Shown: one piece after another, positions 55,306-64,000 of the stretch
How positions within the stretch are numbered: the first letter of the stretch is position 1
Layout: each line of letters begins with the position of its first letter
NCBI GenBank assembly: GCA_951406725.2
Contig: OX597815.1
Coordinates: forward strand, 164,052,001 to 164,116,000
Source: Octopus vulgaris
Lineage: Eukaryota
DNA: 64,000 nucleotides
Direction: 5' to 3'
Made by a program: the position numbers and the translations under genes
The notes under the pieces: generated by a model
What the model saw: only the letters and a program-made list of their open reading frames with translations
Database searches by the model: none
Told to the model about the DNA's origin: nothing

Positions 55306-55357
55306 TGAGAACGTACGTTTCAAGATTAGTCATCAAGACACTTCTATCATCAGCTCA
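55306..55357 (-). ncRNA. Minimal type I hammerhead ribozyme
   Basis: ugag CUGAUGA u aga agu guc uugau gac uaa ucu u GAAAC GUAC GUU cuca. Confidence 0.75.
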
Positions 55358-55867
55358 GAAACTCCTTGGTTTGGATTTGAAAACACTGAAAGTGAGAGCA
55401 TACTCTTTCGGCCTCTCATCGCCTTCGAAGATCTGCTCGTAACTAACAGTGCCAACAAACTCAAACATGCAGGCGAAGAATTCCTGCCCTCCCCTTTCCA
55501 CCAGCGTGGGTTAAAATCAACAAACACTCTGCTTATTTCGGTAAAATCCGAAGCATTAATTAGAGGGAGATTAATTATAATTTCAACAATTGAGGGTAAA
55601 ATTAATTAATTATTAATTAATTTCACCAAGTGTTCAGTATGCAAAGGGACCATTTAAGGCGAATTCAAATTATTATAATATATAAAAAAGGGCTTAGTAA
55701 AATAAATTACTTTGCCGCATACTGAACTCATTAGAAATAGCAGCTAAAAAACTTTTTTAAAAACCATTTCTAATACTTAAAGAAAATCTCTCTCGTATAG
55801 TGTTTGGTCAACTCAACTCACGAAAGTTTGGGGTAAAGACATAAAAAAATCAAATGCAAAGGTTATT

Positions 55868-55919
55868 TGAGAACGTACGTTTCAAGATTAGTCATCAAGA
55901 CACTTCTATCATCAGCTCA
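55868..55919 (-). ncRNA. Minimal type I hammerhead ribozyme (second unit)
   Basis: Identical to 55306-55357. Confidence 0.75.
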
Positions 55920-56354
55920 GAAACTCCTTGGTTTGGATTTGAAAACACTGAAAGTGAGAGCATACTCTTTCGGCCTCTCATCGCCTTCGAAGATCTGCTC
56001 GTAACTAACAGTGCCAACAAACTCAAACATGCAGGCGAAGAATTCCTGCCCTCCCCTTTCCACCAGCGTGGGTTAAAATCAACAAACACTCTGCTTATTT
56101 CGGTAAAATCCGAAGCATTAATTAGAGGGAGATTAATTATAATTTCAACAATTGAGGGTAAAATTAATTAATTATTAATTAATTTCACCAAGTGTTCAGT
56201 ATGCAAAGGGACCATTTAAGGCGAATTCAAATTATTATAATATATAAAAAAGGGCTTAGTAAAATAAATTACTTTGCCGCATACTGAACTCATTAGAAAT
56301 AGCAGCTAAAAAACTTTTTTAAAAACCATTTCTAATACTAGAAATTTCTAATAC

Positions 56355-56412
<58 letters not shown>

Positions 56413-57060
56413 TAATGATAAAAGAAATTAGTAAAAATTTGAAGAATTATAATTTATTACCTATATTCTTTTAGCGCCATAGCTCCTGGGGTTTCATTTC
56501 ATATTTACGTGTTTGAGTGTGTAAAGTGATGTCAACTGTTTGTTGAAAAATATCACGAATTTAACTTAATAAATATGTTTACTTGAATTTGGAGTTTGAA
56601 CTATGAATAAGTTAACTTGTTTGACCACCTGTTGTTTTGAGTTTGCATGTATGTGCGTGGGTGTGCGTGGAGAGATATATATATACGAGTATCTATCTAT
56701 CTATTTATCTATATATCTATCTGTTTATGATATACGAGAAAATGAATTGAAAAAAAGTGTTTTATTGTATAAAATTGACAACTATTTCATCGCCTCTTTA
56801 ACAACAGACCATTGCTGAAACATTATTTTGCAAAGTATGAAATAACGCATCTTGTCATTATCATTTTGATCGGTCTCCCTGCATAATAGCATTTATTTGG
56901 CGACAGGTCTTTCTAAAACATACTTCCCGGTGTATACCCTTATTGAATTGACCATGAAGTAGACAGAAAAAGAGGAAACACGAAGGACAGAAGTTGCTGA
57001 AGAGGTTATTGGTATATGTGACGAAAGAACTCTGACAAATGAATCTATAACAACAACAAC

Positions 57061-57123
<63 letters not shown>

Positions 57124-57255
57124 GTTGAGATCAAATATATAGGGCGCATGTTTAACTGGTAAAATATGACCATCAACAAGTATAACAATATCTATTTCAA
57201 CACACGTTTTCACATCAAGAATCTTGCAAAACCATTACATATACATGTGTGTGTG

Positions 57256-57295
<40 letters not shown>

Positions 57296-57447
57296 TATAT
57301 ATACGCACATATATGCTTATATATATAAAAACATATATATATGCATATATGCATAGGTATATATTTATGAGTATGCGTGTCTATATATCTGATATTTTTA
57401 TTTATGGTCGCCCTTGTAGTGCGAGAAATGACAACCAAATCTTCATT

Positions 57448-57714
57448 TTATTCTTTACTACTTTCAAAATTTAACTGTTGTTTAATTTCGTCTTGGCTTT
57501 CCTCGTGTATAGAAAAATACTGGTTGTTCATGGCTAAAATGTAATTGGGGATGATGCTAAACTTGATGAAGATGGTCTCACGTAATCCAGGAAAGATGAT
57601 TTTGTTGTTTCTTGCTGAAAAACCTGCACAGATGATTTGGTTATAGTGAAAAATATATGTGCCGTATATCAGCTCAATCCCTCCATCAAATTGACGTTTC
57701 CTCCACATGTACAC
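57448..57714 (-). pseudogene. Possible highly decayed Tc1/Tc3-like transposase fragment
   Basis: RQFDGGIELIYG...YFSIH loosely resembles RQxGGGSVMxWG...QDNAxIH. Confidence 0.3.
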
Positions 57715-58693
57715 TCTGTACTACGTTAATTGTCCAAGTGATCGCAGACGAACGTGCGATGAAGTACTATGCTAAAGAAAACAATATACCACCCGATCCA
57801 GGAATTGAAACCACGATCCCACGATTGTAAGTGCAACACCCTAATCACTTTAGCCATACAATTGCTCGATCAAGGCTAACCCTGATCTAAGCACCAATAA
57901 CAACAGCCGCAATAATAACGTACCATGATGCACATAGTATTTCAAGAACAGCCATTGGCTTCCCAAACATTGCTCGATAATTATTTTATTCACTTCCTTT
58001 AATATGCTAAAGATTTTCTTCCTCATCCGCTCTAACTGCATATACAGATATTTACATTACTATTACTTCTGTGAAACCATAATACTTCACACATTCATTT
58101 ACTTCCAATATCGGTAACTTATGCTCCAGGCATTTGTTATTCTAATTTATGAAGGCTTTCCAAGGATATTTTAATGAATAAGATAGATAATTTAGTACAT
58201 TTGTATAGTATCGCAAAACAAATATTATTTCTTTGAAATTGGGAAGTTATTTATTTTATGTGAGTTAAATCAATGGATTTCTTAAGACAAGGTATGGGTA
58301 TCTATACGTCAGTCATAAGATTTTACAAAATGAAGTCTTAATATTCAGAAATATATATTTTGTGATAAATTAATTAAAAAGTCAAAAATTAAATTGTTAT
58401 CCTTATATTTTTATGCATTTATTCTGTCTGCTTCATTGCCTACATATGTATGCGTGTGTATACATTCATACACTCAACACACACGCACGCATACATATAA
58501 ATATCGAACGATGAAAATGAGTGCTCAACACCGCATTGGTGAATATATTTTCTTGATTTGTAAATTAAGACTACCATTCGTTTCATGTTAAGTAAGGTAG
58601 GAAAATATCCTAGTGTCTTAATTTTCGAAGCCGATCACATGGAGAAAGGTGGTGGCCTCCATTTTGGAAAACACATTCGTTTGTGTTTGTTTG

Positions 58694-58744
<51 letters not shown>

Positions 58745-59174
58745 GTGTGTGTATACATACAGAGAGGGAGAGAGAGAGAGAGACCACACCTGTGGTCTTG
58801 TTCGAATTGCAGTTACAACTTTTCTTCTTTTCTGCTATATATATTCATATCTCTGTAGATGCATGTACTCGTGTAGAGAAAATAGATGATCATACACATA
58901 CAAATATGTATGTACAGATACACACAAACATATATAATATTACATTATATCATATCATATATATGAATGAAGCACAAATGAGCTATAAGAAGTAGATTTT
59001 GCAAGTGCTGTGTATTTCAACAGCTATGACGCATTAGTTTATATTAAAAGAAAAAAAATAATAAATTTCTGATTTGATGAAATTATCCCTGCTTCGAAAG
59101 AAGGTTGATAAATTGTATATTTTGGGTAATAAACGAAACAAAAATAATGTAAGAGAACTAATCAGACTTGTCGT

Positions 59175-59256
59175 CCTGGTGTATAAGTCAACCTAACCTT
59201 CTGGGCTGAGAATTTTGGCCTGAAAAATTTGACTTGCATGCCGGAAAATACAGTAT
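59175..59256. mobile_element. pogo/Tc1-type DNA transposon end
   Basis: gacttgcatgccggaaaatacagTA resembles a TA-flanked TIR; internal partial inverse ggtgtataagtc. Confidence 0.45.
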
Positions 59257-59994
59257 CCCTGAGTAATAAATGAAATAGAAATAATGTAGGAAAATTAAGG
59301 AAAGTAGCCAGTGGCGTATATTTGAACAAAGACGGATAATGATATATATATAAGGACATATGTAATAACATACCAGATGAATGCTTGATTTATTGAAATA
59401 TATATGTAAATGTTACGTATACATATATTGTTACGTGCAAACATGCAAACACATACAGAGAATGGAATACACTGCTATAGTCGCACGTGGAAAGACTTAA
59501 GAATATACAGAAGAATGACAAGTATTGATAGTAAAAGCCATAGTTGAAATAAATAAATATATATAAATATAATTGCCGCAGGAAAAAGAGATATTCGAAT
59601 GTTTCTGTTATAAACCCTTACCACACTAAAGGAAAGGGAAAATAATTCTCTGTACTGTTATCCGGGAGTAAAATATAATAGTAAAGATTTATCGATTACT
59701 ATATCTGTCGTATGAACTCTAAATGTCTTTATTGATTTCCAAATGGCTGTTGGCTCACTAGAAACATTCATCAGAGAAAACACCCTATGTGGTCGTTTCA
59801 CCTGCTAGAAATAGTAACTAAATCTTTTTTATCGAATCACAGCTTACGTCTTTAACATTAAAAAAAATAATAAAATAGACACGTTCAAATAATGTAGTCT
59901 TGGTTTCTTGGTAAATAAGAACGAGATGGCATGCACACAGCTGGAATGACTTTAATCATTGCTCTGCTTAGTCACGGCTTACTTGAGGTTAGAT

Positions 59995-60051
<57 letters not shown>

Positions 60052-60759
60052 TTCATCATCATCAACATCGTTGTCATCATCGTCATCATCATCAAAAACA
60101 ACGGTAACAACTGAAGCGAGAAAAAATATTAAAGTCTTTTTCACAGACGAAAATTGAAAATATCTTTTAGATGTTTGTCATTTGCTTTAACCCTTTCACT
60201 ATCTGCACTGATCTGCACTGCTTCAAAGCGCAACGTTTGTTTGTGTGTATATGTGCGCGTGTGTGTGCGGGCGCGTGTGTGTACGGGCGCGTGTGCGTGG
60301 GTGTGTAAGGGTGTGAGTGTGTGCATATGTGTGAGACGATTACATGCTGTGCTCGCGCTTGTGTTTGATATCGGTATTACTATATTATGTTGCAGTCGTA
60401 TAAATATTATATTCATGAGGCTCTAGTGTGCTCCAGCAGCGAGTCACTTCACCTATTTTCGAAGCTGCGCCTTTGGGCAAGAATTTCTACTGAACCACGT
60501 ATTATGCATCGGCACTGATCATGAGTCGACTGAAATAAGCTCCAGTACATTACTGGGACTTTGTTTTCATTGACCATGTAAGGATGTTAAGTTGACATCC
60601 ATAGAATTTGAACTCAGTAAATAGCCAGAACAAAACGGCAACATATTTTATCTGACGCCCTACTTGTCGAATTCCTTTTGTAGAAATAAATATTGGGTGA
60701 ACGCAAAGTCGCAAAGGTGTTAATAATTCATTTTTGATGTTTTAAATTTACAATAATAT

Positions 60760-61200
60760 AGGTGCAGGAGTGGCTGTGTGGTAAGTAGCTCGCTTACAAA
60801 CCACATGGTTGTGGGTTCAGTGTCACCGTGGGCAAGTGTCTTCTACTGTATCCTCGGGTCGACCAAAGTCTTGTAAGTGGATTTGGTAGACGTGAAAGAA
60901 GCCCGTCGTATATATATATGGAAAAAAGTCAAGATAGAAAATGCTAAAATAATTTTATAAAAAACATTTCAGATATATATATATATATGTATATGTTTGT
61001 ATGTCTGTGTTTGTTCCCCCACCCCACCCACCAACACCTGACAACTGATGTTGGTGTGTTTACGTCCCCGTAACTTAGCGGTTCGGCATAGGATAAGTAC
61101 TAGGCTTGCAAAGAATAAGTCCTGGGGTCGATTTGTTTTACTAAAGGCGGTGCTCTAGCATGGCCGCAGTCAAATGACTGAAACAAATAAAAGAAAGAAA
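60760..61200 (+). mobile_element. SINE family A with a short insert in the TA slot
   Basis: ggtgcaggagtggctgtgtggtaag...gactgaaacaaataaaag; insert at 60920-60972. Confidence 0.9.
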
Positions 61201-61219
61201 TAAAAGAAATAGCACCTCA

Positions 61220-61500
61220 TATAGTATGGAAATCAAACCTCCACCAACTATTCTGCCTATATATCTGTGCACACATTTGAATGCCGTGTATGCCAAAAGG
61301 TTTGCAAATCCAACGGAGGCCTCAAGGGACATCGTAAGATTCACAAGATCCACAAAGAGTAGAACTTATCTGCAGCTCTTGGTGGTCCAAATCAGAGGTG
61401 AAATCTATGTGGGTGTCTTTTTAGAATAATATCTGGTTTAAAATGCCACATCAGATGCCATGATGGTGGTCAAACTCTGCATAAGGAGTACACAACCACC
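61220..61500 (+). mobile_element. LINE 3' end (RTE-like) with C2H2 zinc-finger relics and (CATA)n tail
   Basis: FECRVCQKVCKSNGGLKGHRKIH at 61276-61344; second decayed finger ..LCG..SGLKCHIRCH. Confidence 0.6.
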
Positions 61501-61545
61501 ATACATACATGCATACATACATACATACATACATACATACATACA

Positions 61546-61579
<34 letters not shown>

Positions 61580-61589
61580 CATACATACT

Positions 61590-61640
<51 letters not shown>

Positions 61641-61712
61641 ATGTGACCGCGTGTGTACCGTTGGCGATTTTTTTCCTCCGTCTTCCTTTCTTTGGATCTT
61701 TCCTTTTCCTAT

Positions 61713-61747
61713 GTTTCTGACGAAGAGCTCCGCTCGAAACCTTAAAC
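61713..61747 (+). ncRNA. Minimal type I hammerhead with canonical CUGA core (relative of the CUGU family)
   Basis: guuu CUGACGA a GAGC ucc GCUC GAAAC CUU aaac, within element 61645-61840 between microsatellites. Confidence 0.65.
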
Positions 61748-61837
61748 CCTCCTTCTTTACTGAGCGTCCAATAATACTATACTTGTGTCCACGTCCTCGC
61801 GTTATTCTGTTTTCTCTTTGTGTTTTCATGTTTGGAT

Positions 61838-61880
<43 letters not shown>

Positions 61881-62319
61881 ATATATAAATGTACATTAGG
61901 AGTGAAGAGTCGCATTTTGTGAATTACAAATCAAAAAATGTAACTAAACCAAATTTATTAAACTTTTTTATATCCCTCTTTGACACTTGGGCCACTCTGT
62001 GTAGTACGTTAAGTGACCAATTTGTCTAAGCCCCATCACTTTCAGTGTTCAAATGTTACTTGTGGTGATATTGTCTCTGAATTCTCTCGGACAAAAAGAA
62101 AAAAAATAGTAAAAAAACAAAGTAGTATTAAAATGATTTTAAAAAAATGAAGCACTTTTGTCTAGCTGAGCATCTAAATGCACTTGGAACACCTATTGCA
62201 GAGTTCCAAACAACTGTAATGGTGAAACACACATAGGAACCATAATATAAATTTGTGTTTATCCTTATTATATATACATTTGCTCTGTAGTTTATAACTA
62301 GTAATGATTTTTTTTTTTT

Positions 62320-62634
62320 TTTTGATGAAGTGCCCTTTTCAAGCCTAGCCAGGCTCATGGGCCAGGTTTCCCGGTTTCTGTAGCGTATGAGTACCCACCT
62401 GCTGGACGGGACGCCAGTCCATCGCAGCGTTAATCAAGAAACAGGAAGAAAGAGTGATAGAATGTTAGGGGCGAAAGAGTACAACAGGGGTCGACACCAC
62501 CTCCTGCCGGAGCCTCGTGGAGCTGTAGGTATTTTCGCTCAATAAACACACACAACGCCCGGTCAGGGAATCGAAATCGCGATACTCCGACCGCGAGTCC
62601 GCTGTCCTAACCACTGGGCCATTGCGCCTCCACA
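62320..62634 (-). mobile_element. tRNA-headed SINE
   Basis: Minus tggcccagtggttagg..gatttcgattccc; shares body with 63835-64000. Confidence 0.85.
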
Positions 62635-62899
62635 AACTAGTAATAGTATTTACTATAGAAGTTACTTAGCAACTATAGAGAAAGCAGACTGGGTTATGAA
62701 CAATCTATGTGGATCACAAAGTATAATAGCAGCAGTTATACATTTACTTGTACACACAATTCCTACTTATGTATGTATGTATGCATGTATGTATGTATGT
62801 ATGTATGTATGTATGTATGTATGTATTATGTATGTATGTATTATGTATGTATGCACAGATAGATACATACATACATACATACATACATACATACATACA

Positions 62900-63470
62900 T
62901 GCCATCTGCAAAAATGACTGTCCTGAAATAAACTTAGAAAATCCCTTTGTTATGGAGTACATTCATAAACACCAGCTCAAGGAATACTGATGGAATATTC
63001 CCATCAAATCTTCTGCCAAATGTAAACATAACAGACCGGATATTGTTGTTTGGGATATAGGGGCAAAGGTATGTACCATCATAGAGATCAGCTGCCCTGC
63101 AGATATAAATATCTCTTTGAAAATCGAAGAAAAATAGGATATCTATGGACAGCTGCTTAGCTTTTATATTATATCCAGACTATGAATTCATATTCATACC
63201 AATAATAATTAGAGCACTAGGTTTTGTTAGTAAATGGTTAAAGGAGAATCTAGATAAACTGGGATTTTCAGAAAGAGAAATCGACCAACTAATTCATATA
63301 TCACAAATGCAATCTGTGAGTGGAATAGTAAAAATATGCAAAACTTCAAAGGTTCAAATGTGAATTTGTGTTAACTACATCCCAAAGATGAAGCTTTGTA
63401 TCTTTGTTGGAAACCGGCTCCCTCCTCAGTGGGAGATTTATAAATAATTAGAAAATAGAGGAGACATACA
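62900..63470 (+). mobile_element. RLE-type (R4/NeSL/CRE-like) LINE 3' fragment in (CATA)n
   Basis: KHNRPDIVVWD..CTIIEISCP..NISLKIEEK*DIY is a PD-(D/E)xK endonuclease motif (PD at 63036-63041); contains stops and a frameshift. Confidence 0.85.
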
Positions 63471-63533
63471 TACGCGGCATACATACATACATCAGGTTTC
63501 ACTGATTTTCCGTCGACGAAATTCCCCTATAAC

Positions 63534-63625
63534 CGCGGCGGGATTTGAACTCAGAACGTTAAGACGGACGAAATGCCACAAAGTAGTGTGTTCAGCATGC
63601 TCATGCTTCTGCCAGTTCACCGCCA
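63534..63625 (-). mobile_element. SINE family B 5' fragment
   Basis: ggcggtgaactggcagaagc..ctgagttcaaatcccgccg. Confidence 0.75.
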
Positions 63626-63635
63626 TAATAATAAT

Positions 63636-64000
63636 GCTTTCTACTGGATGGAAGCACTCCGTCGGTTACGACGATGAGGGTTCCGGTTGATCCGACCAAC
63701 GGAACAGCCTGCTCGCGAAATTAACGTGTAAGTGGCTGAGCACTCCACAGACACGTGTACCCTTAACGTAGTTCTCGGGGATATTCAGCGTGACACAGAG
63801 AGTGACAAGGCCGGCCCTTTGAAATACAGGTACAACAGAAACAGGAAGAAAGAGTGAGAGAAAGTTGTGGCGAAAGAGTACAGCAGGGATCACCACCACC
63901 CCCTGCCGGAGCCTCGTGGAACTTTAGGTGTTTTCGCTCAATAAACACTCACCAAGCCAGGTCTGGGAATCGAAACCGCGATCCTACGACCGCGAGTCTG
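63636..64000 (-). mobile_element. SINE family D, runs off the window
   Basis: B box ggtttcgattccc near the end; body shared with the 1.8k, 31k, 51k and 62.4k copies. Confidence 0.85.

Larger units (their letters stand above)
55016..56339 (-). mobile_element. Tandem array (~562-bp unit, ~2.35 copies) carrying hammerhead ribozymes; retrozyme/Penelope-pLTR-like
   Basis: Units start at 55016, 55580 and 56142; identical except homopolymer length; (TA)n on both sides. Confidence 0.85.

Noticed and set aside
55292-56171. Duplicated 105-aa ORF
   Set aside because: No recognisable motif; identity is due to the array; antisense to the ribozyme
61276-61362. Host C2H2 zinc-finger gene
   Set aside because: No TGEKP linkers, contains stops, ends in a retroelement-like tail

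Overview
AT-rich, microsatellite-saturated eukaryotic DNA with no recognisable host protein-coding exon, so probably a large intron or intergenic region. The repeat landscape ((TA)n/(CA)n/(TAGA)n/(CATA)n tracts plus three tRNA-headed SINE families) resembles a coleoid cephalopod such as Octopus; this is an inference. Nearly all ORFs in the track are microsatellite artefacts. Genuine protein relics are all transposon-derived: a Tigger/pogo transposase with an internal inversion, Tc1/mariner pieces, a CR1 RT C-terminus, a Penelope GIY-YIG C-terminus, RLE-type LINE ends in (CATA)n, and an RTE-like zinc-finger end. Non-autonomous Helitron/Helentron elements are also present. The most notable signal is about 15 minimal type I hammerhead-ribozyme (HHR) motifs in short Penelope-like/retrozyme-like elements, mostly lodged in microsatellites. 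These include a near-identical 562-bp tandem array with one HHR per full unit, a five-copy family with a fixed non-canonical CUGU-N-GA core in which N7 and H17 vary as hammerhead rules allow, and U3-A8 variants, one inside a perfect 86-bp inverted repeat. All coordinates and pairings were read by eye; no activity is demonstrated.
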